DNA of 64,000 bases, taken from IMG/VR virus record IMGVR_UViG_3300045988_005351, positions 1 through 64,000 of that record, one strand, 5' to 3'. The position numbers were made by a program, and so were the translations under genes. The notes under the pieces are model-generated. The model was not told the DNA's origin, did no database searches, and was given only the letters and a program-made list of their open reading frames with translations. Shown here one piece after another: positions 53,701-64,000 of the stretch (positions are counted from its first letter, which is position 1; each line of letters starts with the position of its first letter). This stretch comes from a virus.

Positions 53701-56700
53701 TTCTCTTAATACCTCTTCTGGACTTGAAGGATTAAAGGTATCAGGTTTAGACAACTCTCTTACTCTGTCAATTATATCTGCTATTGCATCATTACCAACC
53801 ATAGCAGAGAGAGCATTGACACTTCTCTGTGTTTGTCTTATGAGCTTAGGGTCTTTAGACTTACTGAGCTTTTCAATATCCTTAGCTATCTGACTAACTA
53901 ATGCTTTAGCTTCTGTCTTAGCCTCTGGTGCTATATTGAGCTTATCAGTCTTGCTAATAGTCTCATCAGCACTGAAAGGCTTATCAACAGGTGGCTGGGC
54001 TACATCATCCTTACCTACATTATCAGGTCTCTTTGTTCCAGTCTTCTTAGCTTCAACATCCTGCTTCTGGCTATTGCCACTATTAACCTTATCCCTTGCT
54101 GACTTTAGTATCTCATTGAACTCACTCTCAAAAGACTCCTGAGCTTTCTCATCCCAAGTTGTTGCTTCAAGTGGAAGCTCTGTTACCAATGCCTCATCAC
54201 TTAAATCATCATAGGTAGCATTCTCATTGAATCTTCTGTTAAGCATATCAAGAAGTTCAGACTTATGCTCACTATCAGAGCTATTGATTAACTCAGTAGC
54301 TTTCTTCTTGAACAGTGATGCTTTCTTATAGCTCCTAGCTGCATCTGAGTTACTGCCATCCAAGTCATCCAGTGTAGCTTCACCATTGTTTATAAGTGCT
54401 TCTACTTCTTGGAAGTTAGCAGTCTTATTCAATGCCTCAACTTGCTTAGCTCTTGTTATTTCTGCATCCTTGTCAATGTTCTGCTTGTCAGCCTCTGCAT
54501 GGTCTTCCTCTTGCTTCTTAGGATTGAAGAGATACTCAGCAAACTTATCCTGATATATCTTTGAGGCATTACCCAGTCTTAACAGGTCATCAAGCTTCTT
54601 CAATACACTCTCCTTGTCATTGGCACTAAGTACATCATTGTCAAGTTTATTAACCTGTTCCTTTAGTCCCTCAAGTATATTAGGATTCTGAGCAAGAGTA
54701 GCAGCCATAGTCTCATTATCAAGACTTCTGACTAGGTTAAGATTATTGATAGCCTCTGTTATGGATTGTATAACCCTATCTGCTCTCCTATAGTTCTCAC
54801 TAAGGTCTGCATGAGCCATACCTTCATGTGTCCTGATAGCCTCAGCAGCTCTCATCTGAGAGTCAAGTCTACCTATCACATTACCTATAACATCCTTAAC
54901 TTGACCAGACATCTCACCAGCTCTCTTAGCCCAGTTGCCAAGCTGAGTCTGCATCCAAGTAAGTTCATCAAGCTGCTCATCAGTAAACCTCTGACCAGTC
55001 TCACTATCAAGCTTGTTTCTAGTCTTTACATACTCATCTATAGTACCTAGTATCTCATCCCTTTGCTTTGTAAGCTCAGCAATCATATCCTCTTTACCCA
55101 TAGGATTACCATTCTTATCTATGAATGGTCCTACCTTGACTTCCTTACCATCCTTATTGATAGTAGTGGTAGTGTTGTCTATGATTGATTGAAGGTTCTC
55201 ATCAGAAGTATCATAAGCAGAGTTTATAAGGGTCATAAGGTCACCAAGCTTACCTGCATTTGAGAACATTGATATATCTGATATAAGCTGTGCATGTTCT
55301 GCATTCTTATAGTCAAACTCATCATCTCTAAGAGCAGCATCATTCATATCATTCTGATACTTATTATGCCTTATAAGACCCTGATAGTAGTTCTTGAACT
55401 CAGGAGAGTTTACTCTCTCATTCATGTGAGTGGCAATAGCTTGGTTTCTATCAGCCTCTTGCTTTAACTCCTTCCACTTTGAGAACATATTCTCTTCTAG
55501 TACTACAGGGCTTTGTAGCTTTCCATCCTCATTCCTTATACCTCTGAATTTAGGCATACCCATAAGACCAGTAAGACCACCAATGAAGAATTGCTCCCAA
55601 GTAGAGCCTTCTCCCAGTGTTCTACCTAAAGTCTCACCAAATGATTTAGTCCAGCTTAATGTCTCCTGTGCAGCATCAGGGTCTTGAAGAGACCTGTAGT
55701 AGTTATTGACATCAGTAGCATAGTAATGCTGTGATACATCAGTAGCTATCTGTTGTTCAACCTCTTCTTTACCTTCCATAAGACCACCACCAAGTATTCT
55801 ACCTGCTCTAGCTGTTTTACTTAGACCTCTAGCCTCATACTTACCCACATCTCCTACTATATCAGCGGTTCTTCTAGCAGTATTGAAACCTCTTGAGTAT
55901 AGTTTACCAAACTGATAGAAGTTTGATGCAGTCAGTATAGGTATGTTCATAAGCAGGGTAGCATTACCTACCTTAGCCTTATCCTCTTCCAGTTTAGCCA
56001 GTGCCTGATTATAGTTGTTTCTCTCCCTCTCAATAGCTTCCTTATACTTTACATAAGCTGGGTCATAGAAGCTTTGGCTATCACCATCCATTCTTACAAG
56101 TTCCTTCCCAGCATTGGCATTATACTCTGCTTGGATGGCTTCTAATCTTTGTCTAAACTCACCATCAAGGGCTGTCTTATACTTCTCCTCAAACTCATTA
56201 GCAGCATTAAGGGCTTCTATACTTCCTTCATTGGCAGCAGATATAACTGAACCTACACCAGAAGTTACCATAGAAGTAGCCTTGCTTCCTACCTTTACAG
56301 CTTGCATTATAGCACCTAGTCCCTTTGAGTATATACCACCAGAATAGAATGCACCTACAGTAAAGCCTATATTCTTGATGAACTTATCACCCCAGAAGTT
56401 AGCTGTGAATATATTAGTGTACCAAGGTTGGTTAAGTTCATCTTGTGTATAGTAGTTTGGAAGTACTTCCTCTGCACCTTTATTGATAGAGTCCATAGCT
56501 CTTGAGAAATCATTATCCCATAAGCCAGACCATCTACCCTCAGTAACAGCAGTACCTGCACCAGCAACTAGACCTACAGTACCATTAAGGAATGTAGTAC
56601 CTGCAAGTACCACTCCCTTAGCTAGACCTGCACCTATCTTAGCATACCAAGGTTGTCTCTCTCCTCTGTAGTCACCATAGTTCTCAAATTCATATTGGTT

Positions 56701-56961
56701 TGCTACTCCAGAGTCAAACATACTGTTACCCCAATCACTAGGAGTTTCAGTATAATTAACCTTACCAGCTCTGCTAAGAGTAGAAGTTACTCCTATATCA
56801 TCTGGTAATAGAGAGTTTGCCTCAGACTCCTGAGGCAGACCCCCATTAAGCATTTGCAACTCTCTATATGAAACAGGACCTGTCTTTGTAAGGTCTATAT
56901 AGCCAGTGTTTATTTTATCTTCTATAGTTGGTTGCTTCTTATTTGCCATATCATTGTACAA
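50779..56961 (-). CDS. giant virion/ejection protein (2060 aa) with C-terminal PD-(D/E)xK nuclease-like domain
   Basis: Gly/hydrophobic N-terminal segments and long coiled coils. AGELDVFAY (51763-51786), ISIFDFKTSK (51721-51740) and LQLSAYAK (51611-51634) form a D...DxK...QxxxY set. Confidence 0.7.
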   Translation of the reverse strand: MYNDMANKKQPTIEDKINTGYIDLTKTGPVSYRELQMLNGGLPQESEANSLLPDDIGVTSTLSRAGKVNYTETPSDWGNSMFDSGVANQYEFENYGDYRGERQPWYAKIGAGLAKGVVLAGTTFLNGTVGLVAGAGTAVTEGRWSGLWDNDFSRAMDSINKGAEEVLPNYYTQDELNQPWYTNIFTANFWGDKFIKNIGFTVGAFYSGGIYSKGLGAIMQAVKVGSKATSMVTSGVGSVISAANEGSIEALNAANEFEEKYKTALDGEFRQRLEAIQAEYNANAGKELVRMDGDSQSFYDPAYVKYKEAIERERNNYNQALAKLEEDKAKVGNATLLMNIPILTASNFYQFGKLYSRGFNTARRTADIVGDVGKYEARGLSKTARAGRILGGGLMEGKEEVEQQIATDVSQHYYATDVNNYYRSLQDPDAAQETLSWTKSFGETLGRTLGEGSTWEQFFIGGLTGLMGMPKFRGIRNEDGKLQSPVVLEENMFSKWKELKQEADRNQAIATHMNERVNSPEFKNYYQGLIRHNKYQNDMNDAALRDDEFDYKNAEHAQLISDISMFSNAGKLGDLMTLINSAYDTSDENLQSIIDNTTTTINKDGKEVKVGPFIDKNGNPMGKEDMIAELTKQRDEILGTIDEYVKTRNKLDSETGQRFTDEQLDELTWMQTQLGNWAKRAGEMSGQVKDVIGNVIGRLDSQMRAAEAIRTHEGMAHADLSENYRRADRVIQSITEAINNLNLVRSLDNETMAATLAQNPNILEGLKEQVNKLDNDVLSANDKESVLKKLDDLLRLGNASKIYQDKFAEYLFNPKKQEEDHAEADKQNIDKDAEITRAKQVEALNKTANFQEVEALINNGEATLDDLDGSNSDAARSYKKASLFKKKATELINSSDSEHKSELLDMLNRRFNENATYDDLSDEALVTELPLEATTWDEKAQESFESEFNEILKSARDKVNSGNSQKQDVEAKKTGTKRPDNVGKDDVAQPPVDKPFSADETISKTDKLNIAPEAKTEAKALVSQIAKDIEKLSKSKDPKLIRQTQRSVNALSAMVGNDAIADIIDRVRELSKPDTFNPSSPEEVLREAEAEVSKYKPTAVTGVLKAVIPQFDLDAKRDGVLIDFVGDDRNQGYSYVYNKLKEVDPKTGKNAFDYVNEGNIKEGDELEVRYEPATDEHPELLALYHKGTLVNYMNTDEAIEGVKEIKNKAKKGEQPTVRVSKIMNGQYGYDMSKTQSVGDLLGTDNATIGVMKNRSMEANTDTFVEPVFDEANSDGKVYILLPNSKGTLSPKKVYIRHLNKTEFDLSTQDNPIANDLKKAFNDLAGIANLEKGFDEALDNVYMDLIELLYIPDSFHINIISRANDVSLQIAFANRDGKRQNRNILLKRFAKKSLLNIGAGTTQASEPYTAPVEEVYNQVLDAFYEANLAFNVDAKKLTGKKGQEYANRLRDSNVLATYLTGKRMQGTWFLLNEKPNTTHTNSAFERAKASQQAKGGTRVQYGGKEYFVRNGYIFDQSGSIVDIGEDAQQIKDLAYINSAYGTNYFGVNQHDGKVLIVDRNGKRGYNRATNKYLSPKEVEELEATLDGRKSKASQSATAVKSLQDSQKLVLRDDNGNPDTSNGSYMIKEEDGQYHEYQRVHSVIGSNYIGPSRGDAATSRGSLVDEVARQFLIDPTNVTKPEGMSDEAFGALKRGLGKFRDDANRRGLKLVTDRTVVFHKYSDGRRIAGELDVFAYNPSTGEISIFDFKTSKYSTKDSGFSRVENPRYFTRSNKDQYTLQLSAYAKLFEDSFGVPVSNLVIVPFQLRYSREKDGGIARISPENYVPLTYQSGVFERTDEVPASQSPTSLRTVKGQYVTMGKGKPEYHQTDMQVLFTTKNGQTFYLAKVGDGYKLVLPNGRSLTIDPSLVSDEAGRTRNNIMDFIQADNVAAVIQDAMSSTPLENSPYGTSIELKEEPEKKKDKKVTPEMRKTFEIFNNLRNPDGVPDPRQASIDRREKDKKVTSDKPSTSMERSLFSHKKWNELTADEKSYVALDGLSEEDMQKFWDGADPLTRESFIPACK

Positions 56962-58675
56962 TTATTGTTCCATCATTTGTAGAAATACCAGTACCCTCAT
57001 TATAGTTGAGAATAGCTCCCAAGTAAGAGTTGGCATTATTAAGGTTGACAGCAGCTTCCTGTGGTGATGCTGATTGCATAATCTTGATATTTGCTCCTGT
57101 CAAGTTCTCTTGACTGAGCCTATCAAGCATACCTACAGGCATTATAAATCTACTTCCATCAGTCAACTCAATAATCTGGTTATTAGTAACAGGGCTATTA
57201 GCTACATACAGTATAGGAGAGTCTTTCACAAGTTTCTTGAAACCTTCCTGTGACATTCCTTTACCCTTACCCATAGTAACCTTACCATTAGATACTGTCA
57301 GGTCTCCTACTCTATATATCTTACCATCAGCTCCTATAGTGCTTGTTACCTTATCAGCTAGGAAGTCCCTAGTGGTCTTATCCCTTACTGCTTGTCTATA
57401 GATGTCTATGTTTGGAGTACCTGTTACAAGTTCCCCACTATTTATCCTAGACAATGTAGTTCTATAGTAGTTGTTTATAGAGGCATTACCAACATTACCA
57501 GCATCTATATTAGCTTGAGTTAGCCCATGCTTCAATGCCCAGTTCTTGAACTCCCAGTCACCAGTCCTAATTGGTACTTTATAGTAATCACTACCTGGTC
57601 CTCCCTCCCATGTGGTTCCCACAGTAGCACTCTGTAATGCTTTCATTCCTGCATTAGTTAATGCACCTCTAGAATTAAAGTAACCCCTGCTCTTGAACTT
57701 CTCCAGTAACTCTTTAGTTGCTTTATTCTGTGCTGCTACTTCTTCTTTACCATACAGGGATGATGGGTTTATATTATACATCTTCAACCTGCTTTGCTCT
57801 GCTTGTTGTCTCCCATAGTCCTTCAACCCCCTCTGCATAGCTTCTTGAGCAGCAAGTCTAGCACCATAGTCCTCATAGGTAGATATATTAGTCTGACCTA
57901 TAGCACTCCACAATCCTTGTCTAGCATAGTTATATGCCTTATCCATAGTAGGTTGGTCTGCCCAACTAGTCATACCTGATGAACCCATCACCTGCTCTAC
58001 TATAGCATTAAGCACTGGTTGTGACTGTGCCCTATTAGGATTACTGATAGCATCAAGAACTTGGTCTCTTGTAAATCCATGTTGCTGTAGGAATGTCTTA
58101 GTATAAGCATCAAGTCTCTTACCATTACCATAGTTAGAGAGTTCCTTAGCTAGATTACCAGCAGCTTGTGATACTTGTTGTGTAAGTAAAGCACCTGAGT
58201 ATCTCTCTCCATAGTCATAGTCTGGGTTCTCCAAGAACCTATCCAATGAACTTTCATGGCTCATAGAGTTCATGTCTCTCTGGAACATCAGAGTAGGATT
58301 CTGTAGTAGAGCCTTTCTCTGTTCATCCGCCAGTTCTCTTCTTCTAGTGATGGCATTCTGTATAGGAGTTATGTCCTTTGCATATCTACCTTTAAGGTCC
58401 AGAAGGGATTGTCTAGAACCAGGGGTCAAGCCATTCTTAGCTAAAGCATCTGCTTGAGTTCTCAATGTTGACTCATAAGCTTTATATCTCTGATAGGTTA
58501 CTGGGTCATTAGCTTCATTAGCCAGTGAGCCTATAGCATTAGCTTGAGAGTCTAACTCACTATATGCTTCCTCTACTGCTTGATGAGCCTGAGTAGCCAT
58601 CAATACAGGAGCTAGCATCTCCTGATATGAGAATGGTCTAAAGTTAGTTTGATTAGTATATGCAAAGTTAGGCAT
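56951..58675 (-). CDS. virion protein (574 aa), function unknown
   Basis: Long ORF coupled on both sides within the - strand structural block. Confidence 0.65.
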   Translation of the reverse strand: MPNFAYTNQTNFRPFSYQEMLAPVLMATQAHQAVEEAYSELDSQANAIGSLANEANDPVTYQRYKAYESTLRTQADALAKNGLTPGSRQSLLDLKGRYAKDITPIQNAITRRRELADEQRKALLQNPTLMFQRDMNSMSHESSLDRFLENPDYDYGERYSGALLTQQVSQAAGNLAKELSNYGNGKRLDAYTKTFLQQHGFTRDQVLDAISNPNRAQSQPVLNAIVEQVMGSSGMTSWADQPTMDKAYNYARQGLWSAIGQTNISTYEDYGARLAAQEAMQRGLKDYGRQQAEQSRLKMYNINPSSLYGKEEVAAQNKATKELLEKFKSRGYFNSRGALTNAGMKALQSATVGTTWEGGPGSDYYKVPIRTGDWEFKNWALKHGLTQANIDAGNVGNASINNYYRTTLSRINSGELVTGTPNIDIYRQAVRDKTTRDFLADKVTSTIGADGKIYRVGDLTVSNGKVTMGKGKGMSQEGFKKLVKDSPILYVANSPVTNNQIIELTDGSRFIMPVGMLDRLSQENLTGANIKIMQSASPQEAAVNLNNANSYLGAILNYNEGTGISTNDGTIIVQ

Positions 58676-60971
58676 AAGTAGTCCTCCTCTTCTTCTTTAA
58701 TTTACCACCATTCTTCTTACCATTACCTTTATAACCTACTCTACCTATTCCAGATAGATTGTAGTATAGGGCAGGATTACTGTTAATCCATTCTCTCTGA
58801 TAATCTTCCCATCCTATATTACCAAGGTTAGTAATGAAGCTGTTGAGGTTGTTAGACCTTCTAGCATCATAAGCATTCCTAGCAGCTTGTCTTAACTTGG
58901 CTACCTCTTCTGCTTGAGCCAGTCTCATCTTAGTAGCATCATTCCTAGATTGTGCATTAACTGACTGTGCTTGCATACTCTGTTGAGAGTTGAACATATC
59001 AGTCTGTCTGTTGAACCCAGCTACTCTTTCTCTTTGAGCTTGATTATACTCCTCTGCTTGTCTAGCTAGCTGACCTAAGTTCTCACCATAGTTATAGTCT
59101 GCTGCCAATATACCAGCTAGAGCTGCTGCTCTATTACCACCAGAAGTATTCTGTATAGCTCTTCTACCAGCAGCAGTGTTCTTATTCAATTGATTGATAT
59201 AGAACATTCTATCCAGTGGTCTATATGATAAGTACTGACCAATAGGGTCTGCACTTACAAGAGCTGGTTGAATATCTATTGATGCTATTCTATCAGCAGC
59301 ACTATAGTCAGGTTTGCTAAATAAATCTGTGAATGCAGATGTACCTGACATAAGAGCAGGTGCAAACCTTAGATATGACAGATTAGACTTATCACCTGTG
59401 GTAGCACCCTTCTCAGCAGCAGCTCTAGTGATAGCATCATCTATCTCTTCACTAGTACCTGTAAGAGGTATTGCACTACCATCTATACCTAAGTCCATCA
59501 TCCTCTCTAGCTGCTCATAAGATATAGGAGAAGCTAATGTACTAAAGTCCATATAGTTGTCATCTGGTCCATAACCCTCATATCTCTTACCTAGCTTTCC
59601 ACCTTTAGCATATCTATTCATTCTCCTATCCTCATTCTTAATTCTTACCTCTTCCTGACTCTCAGCCAAAGCACTCATAAATGCCTCAAGTCCTCTCTGA
59701 CTGATTGGGTCATTAGGTCTTTCCTCACTTTCTCTACTTAGTTCCTTAGCTGCATCAGCAAAGGTCTCACCTTTAATACTATACTTCTCCTTGAGCTTCT
59801 TAGGTAACTTCATTCTATCACTGAATACATAGTCATTGAAGATTACCTCTCCTTCCTCTACTAAGTTAGGTACTCCTTGTGGGTCAATACCCATCTGCAC
59901 TCCCTCAAATGGATTAGCTTCATGTGAGCCACCATTATCAATGAATGTAACTCCATTAGTAAAGTCTCCGCCTTGTGAGTTCAACCATCCACCGAATGAG
60001 TGCCACTTTCTAGCATTTCTAGCAAAGTTAGCTCTCTTCCTTGTAGTAGGGTTACTAGAGTGAAGTCCCCTCTGAATACATTCTGATGTTACCTTGCCAC
60101 CGCAGTAATCAGTGAACTTACCTCTATTCTTTTTCTTGATATGAATACCACCACCCTTACTGAATGTGTTGATTGTACTGACATCAGGCATAGCATTGAA
60201 TGAATTAGGTAGACTGGTCAGTCTCATATCACCCAGTGCTTTCATCTGCTTGTTATTAAGGTCTCTTGAAGCCAAGTCATATCCAATAGCACCAGTGCTG
60301 AATATTGGTCCACCATAAGCAGAGAAGTTAGCCATTGCCAAGAAGTCATTGTTAGTATCTACATTACTTGCAGTATTACTTAATGAGTGCCAAGTTCTTA
60401 GGTTAGCCTCATCAATAGCCCTATTGAGTGCCTTTGTTTTATTCTTGGCTTTATTGCTGAACCATCCATCAGAACCTACTTGACTCTTCTTAACATGAGC
60501 CATATCAGTATATGAAGCCCAATCACTTAGCAGTGAGGCATTATCCTTAGCTGATGATGTATAACCAGCTTGTTGCTTGGTCTTATCCTCTGTCTGAGCA
60601 ATGAACTCCTCATTAAGGTTACTACCAAAGGCTGCATTGACGAGACCACCAACAAGGTTGGCTCCAGCACCAATAACTCCACCAATACCAGGGATGTTTG
60701 AAGCTATAGAACCAATACCTTGTAGAGCATTACCAACACCTGTGCTATTACCACTAGGGTTGATAAGACCACTTACAGTAGAAGCAGCAGCATTGGCTAT
60801 ACCTCCAAGACCAGAGCCTGATACTCCTAATTTACCCAAGGCTCCTCCAACACCAGAACCCATGAACTTATTGGTAGCTGCCTCATTCCAGTTGGCAAAC
60901 TTACCTATAAGCCCACCATCATCATAGGTGTTGAAGTATCTATCATTTCTCTTAATTCTTTTCTTAGCCAT
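58668..60971 (-). CDS. virion protein (767 aa) with Gly-rich N-terminal region
   Basis: N-terminal GSGVGGALGKLGVSGSGLGGIANAAAS... low-complexity Gly-rich segment as in phage internal/ejection proteins. Confidence 0.65.
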   Translation of the reverse strand: MAKKRIKRNDRYFNTYDDGGLIGKFANWNEAATNKFMGSGVGGALGKLGVSGSGLGGIANAAASTVSGLINPSGNSTGVGNALQGIGSIASNIPGIGGVIGAGANLVGGLVNAAFGSNLNEEFIAQTEDKTKQQAGYTSSAKDNASLLSDWASYTDMAHVKKSQVGSDGWFSNKAKNKTKALNRAIDEANLRTWHSLSNTASNVDTNNDFLAMANFSAYGGPIFSTGAIGYDLASRDLNNKQMKALGDMRLTSLPNSFNAMPDVSTINTFSKGGGIHIKKKNRGKFTDYCGGKVTSECIQRGLHSSNPTTRKRANFARNARKWHSFGGWLNSQGGDFTNGVTFIDNGGSHEANPFEGVQMGIDPQGVPNLVEEGEVIFNDYVFSDRMKLPKKLKEKYSIKGETFADAAKELSRESEERPNDPISQRGLEAFMSALAESQEEVRIKNEDRRMNRYAKGGKLGKRYEGYGPDDNYMDFSTLASPISYEQLERMMDLGIDGSAIPLTGTSEEIDDAITRAAAEKGATTGDKSNLSYLRFAPALMSGTSAFTDLFSKPDYSAADRIASIDIQPALVSADPIGQYLSYRPLDRMFYINQLNKNTAAGRRAIQNTSGGNRAAALAGILAADYNYGENLGQLARQAEEYNQAQRERVAGFNRQTDMFNSQQSMQAQSVNAQSRNDATKMRLAQAEEVAKLRQAARNAYDARRSNNLNSFITNLGNIGWEDYQREWINSNPALYYNLSGIGRVGYKGNGKKNGGKLKKKRRTTYA

Positions 60972-60993
60972 AGTATAAATTCTATATTTGTTG

Positions 60994-61001
60994 CAAAGGT
61001 A
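60994..61001 (-). promoter_or_regulatory. Bacteroides-type -7 box TAccTTTG (- strand)
   Basis: The reverse complement of caaaggta is an exact TAnnTTTG match 22 nt upstream of the ATG at 60971. Confidence 0.35.
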
Positions 61002-61032
61002 GCTAATCTACTTAATATAGACAAGCTTATAA

Positions 61033-61075
61033 TTAAAAAAGAAAGGCCAGCCTAATTGAATTAGTTAGGCTGACC
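61033..61075 (-). terminator. rho-independent terminator (- strand)
   Basis: 11-bp stem (one mismatch) ggtcagcctaa/ttaggctggcc followed on the - strand by tttctttttt. Confidence 0.6.
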
Positions 61076-61082
61076 TTATATG

Positions 61083-64000
61083 TTAGACAAAGTAGTGTAC
61101 TATCATATCATGGAACTCCATTCTATCAGTATTCTCCTTGTTCATGGATAGCTTGACATAAGCCCAAGTGTTCCTTATTCTATCCATCTTGTTGGCTTTA
61201 ACACCATTCCAATCTGTATTAGCTCTAGGAACATTAGCTCTCCATACCCTGAACTTCTTCTTTAATGGTGATGGTCTAGCTGCAAGATTAGTTAAGCTAG
61301 ATACACCCTTCTGATATTCATTCCATACTTCAAGAGTATCAAAGGTATGACCACTTGCAAGTACTTCATTACCTGAGTTATCCTTAGTCCAACAGTCAGC
61401 TCTGAACTCTACAGTGTTGAATATCTTATCATAAGGTTCATCTGCATTAGACACAAAGGTTACACTATATGGATAGTAGTGACCAAAGAACATATTGTAG
61501 TCTCCTGCAAACTGTTCCCACATCTTACCATATTGTATAGCATAGAAGTCACTATTGATATTGAACATTGCTGGTACTTGACCATAACTCATAAATGATG
61601 TAAATTGACCTAGCAACTCTGAGTAGACTAATGCTGTCTCATTGTTTACAAAGTACACATCACCATTGTTCTTGTCATAGTAAGTCACAAAGTTCTTGAA
61701 CCCTACTGGGTCCCATTTCTCAAGACTATTATTCTCACTAGTCCATTGTCTAAAGCCTAGCTTATCCGACAGAGAACCTATCTGACCATTGAACAGATAG
61801 ATGCTATTAGTGATGTTGTCTATGAAGTATAGTCCAGAAGGAGATTCTATTATTGACCACTTGTTATTGCATCCTATAGTGTTGCTGATATATCTCTTTC
61901 CATCTACCTTGAGACCATTGGAAATCTCAATAGGCATACCATCAGAGGTAGGTATCTGAACCCTAGAGTTAAACAGGATATTACTAAAGCCTTGTTTCTG
62001 GAAACAGAATACTTCATTGTTAAAGGTATTCAGTGATACTACTTCTCCCTTATCACCATCTAAGTCAAGTGTAGATGCCATAGTGATATTAGTCCAAGTA
62101 TCTACTATAGCCCCTGCTTGCTTCTCCTTAGTCCATGCGATAGTATTAGGGAAGTAATCAAGACCGTACTTATTATAGTTCAATGCTCTAGAGCTAAAGA
62201 AGTTATTCCTCTGACTATATACAGGATTGATAAGATTGAAGTTAGTAGGAGTCATAATAAGGTTACTTGTCTGACCTCTGTTCCTATCATATCTTCCATC
62301 TATATTAACCCTAGTCTCACAGTAGAATGACATTATCTCAACTACACTGTTCTGGTCTTCCATAGTATAGGGATAAGTCTTAAGGCAGTCATATCTCTGG
62401 AAGTATGTATCACCCTCTGTATATGTTACACTTAAGTAGTTCTTTGGTATAGGACTACCATCAGTGTCATAACCATCTATAAGTGATATAGGCTCACCTG
62501 CTGGAAGCCATATATTATTCTCCAGAGCTTCTGGTGTATTACCACCAAACCTATTCTCTACATTATCATTGTAAAGCTCAGCTAGCCATAGGAAACCAAA
62601 TCCATTTAAGTCACTGCCAGAGGTAAACCTGATTACATCCTGATATACACCAATACAACTATCATCCCAAGGCATCTTGGCATTATCAAGCACCTTATCT
62701 ACCTTGTTTACAATAGTACCTGTATCGCCCCAAGTTGTTGCAGGTAGTATAACCTGCTTTCTATCAGAAGTATAGTTGAATGCTATGACTGCATGAGTGG
62801 TTGACTTATACTTCATACTAACAGGGTCTACACCATAATTAGTACTTGAAGCTGTCTTTCCTCCACTATCTCTTGCAAGTTGCAGAGGGTGAGGACCACC
62901 TATAGACATGACATGGGCATTCTCACTATCATTTCCCCACTCTCCTATAATAATAGGATAACCATTCTTTCTATTTAACTCCTCTTCTTGTACCCAGTAC
63001 TTATCATCTACTCTTGAAGGTGCTATTACTTTATCTATATTACCATAGTAGTTTATATCTCCAAGACCTGAATGACTAGGTGCAGGAAGTCTTACAAGAC
63101 TCTGCTCCTCAGAGTTGAATATAGCTACTCCTGATATTCCAGTATGGTTATTGTCTCCCTCTACATAGGCATTCCAAGGGTTAGAGAAGTATTCAGTATA
63201 TGCAGCAAACTTTAAGTTTGACATCTTCTTCTGACTAAGCATAGCTGTCCTTGTGGTCTCATTGTCAACAAGAGTACTCTGGTTGTTAAGAGAACCATTT
63301 CTATGCCAAGGGTATATGTAGAATGGGAATGTCCAATCATCTCCATCTGCATCCTTAACTTGATAGTTATAAGGCTTGTCGAAGTAGAAGCCCCCTGATA
63401 TTAGACTTCTAGAGCCAAAGGCACTTACATTCTCAACACCCACAAACTCCTTATAGAATCCTCTCTTATATGTCTTGTTCTGGGGTGTACTAGTTTGTAT
63501 ATCTATATCAGAAGCATTTGCAGTGAATGGTACTCTACCTACTATTCTCAGCTTCAATGAAGAGGTATCAAGGTTAGCCACAGCATCATCAAACTCAAAC
63601 TCTGGTGAGTGCATTGTAACTATGGATTGGTCTATAAAGAAGAACTCACTTCTGTCTGCTATCCAAGAGTTCATATTCTCAACTCCAGTGGCATAAGGCT
63701 CTGATGGAGCATTAGCAATACATTGTATCTCAGCATTTCTATGCCAGTTACTAGGTATAGGATAGTTATGTCTGAACTCTGCCCATACTCCTTTACTTAC
63801 AAGGGTCTGACCTTGGTAGATAACATAAGTAGTTCCTCTATCCTCTCCTTCATCATTCTCTATCAATACCTTACCAGGGACATAATCCCTATCTGAATAC
63901 ATACTATCAGCATTGGCAATATCCACACCTAAGTAGGGTCTTGAGAACCATGATGCCTGTGCATAAGGAGAATTGGTAAACCTATCACTTAGGTTATATA
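61083..64000 (-). CDS. large tail/virion protein, 5'-truncated by the window edge
   Basis: The frame stays open upstream of the ORF-track GTG at 63926 to position 64000 (...YNLSDRFTNSPYAQASWFSRPYLGV-DIANADS...). Aromatic/Asn-rich composition typical of beta-rich tail proteins. Confidence 0.65.
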   Translation of the reverse strand, partial: YNLSDRFTNSPYAQASWFSRPYLGVDIANADSMYSDRDYVPGKVLIENDEGEDRGTTYVIYQGQTLVSKGVWAEFRHNYPIPSNWHRNAEIQCIANAPSEPYATGVENMNSWIADRSEFFFIDQSIVTMHSPEFEFDDAVANLDTSSLKLRIVGRVPFTANASDIDIQTSTPQNKTYKRGFYKEFVGVENVSAFGSRSLISGGFYFDKPYNYQVKDADGDDWTFPFYIYPWHRNGSLNNQSTLVDNETTRTAMLSQKKMSNLKFAAYTEYFSNPWNAYVEGDNNHTGISGVAIFNSEEQSLVRLPAPSHSGLGDINYYGNIDKVIAPSRVDDKYWVQEEELNRKNGYPIIIGEWGNDSENAHVMSIGGPHPLQLARDSGGKTASSTNYGVDPVSMKYKSTTHAVIAFNYTSDRKQVILPATTWGDTGTIVNKVDKVLDNAKMPWDDSCIGVYQDVIRFTSGSDLNGFGFLWLAELYNDNVENRFGGNTPEALENNIWLPAGEPISLIDGYDTDGSPIPKNYLSVTYTEGDTYFQRYDCLKTYPYTMEDQNSVVEIMSFYCETRVNIDGRYDRNRGQTSNLIMTPTNFNLINPVYSQRNNFFSSRALNYNKYGLDYFPNTIAWTKEKQAGAIVDTWTNITMASTLDLDGDKGEVVSLNTFNNEVFCFQKQGFSNILFNSRVQIPTSDGMPIEISNGLKVDGKRYISNTIGCNNKWSIIESPSGLYFIDNITNSIYLFNGQIGSLSDKLGFRQWTSENNSLEKWDPVGFKNFVTYYDKNNGDVYFVNNETALVYSELLGQFTSFMSYGQVPAMFNINSDFYAIQYGKMWEQFAGDYNMFFGHYYPYSVTFVSNADEPYDKIFNTVEFRADCWTKDNSGNEVLASGHTFDTLEVWNEYQKGVSSLTNLAARPSPLKKKFRVWRANVPRANTDWNGVKANKMDRIRNTWAYVKLSMNKENTDRMEFHDMIVHYFV

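Overview
By gene content, this 64-kb window is a contiguous piece of a crAss-like (Crassvirales-type) phage of Bacteroidales. It is AT-rich by eye, and the genes are tightly packed and often translationally coupled. The + strand block (460-50725) holds small early genes, an RNA-gene island, a replication and nucleotide-metabolism module, a 2772-aa virion-type RNA polymerase (DFDVD motif) and a 1309-aa partner. It converges at a bidirectional terminator (50730-50766) on a - strand block of giant virion/ejection and tail proteins (50779-64000); the last ORF runs off the window. The standard genetic code appears to hold.

Main observations:
1. A Ro60/Rsr-like TROVE+vWA gene is followed by about 1.1 kb without ORFs. 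In it, three tRNA genes are each interrupted by 54-72 nt insertions at different non-canonical positions. The insertions share a 23-24 nt motif (TAGTGA-N7-8-AGTTACTTCA) that also occurs twice outside tRNAs.
2. There is a complete phage tmRNA, plus a tRNA-Arg nested inside a split tRNA-like gene.
3. A coupled E2-like / JAB / E1-like (ThiF) cassette is preceded by a protein with a ubiquitin-like N-terminus.
4. There are five homing-endonuclease events: group I introns in the helicase Walker A codons (GIY-YIG) and in family A DNA polymerase (HNH), a free-standing GIY-YIG after thyX flanked by a duplicated thyX 3' end, and two decayed remnants.
5. A NADAR domain is fused to the N-terminus of the virion RNA polymerase, and a PD-(D/E)xK nuclease motif set sits in a 2060-aa virion protein.

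All functional calls come from motif recognition and hand folding. No database search or folding program was run.
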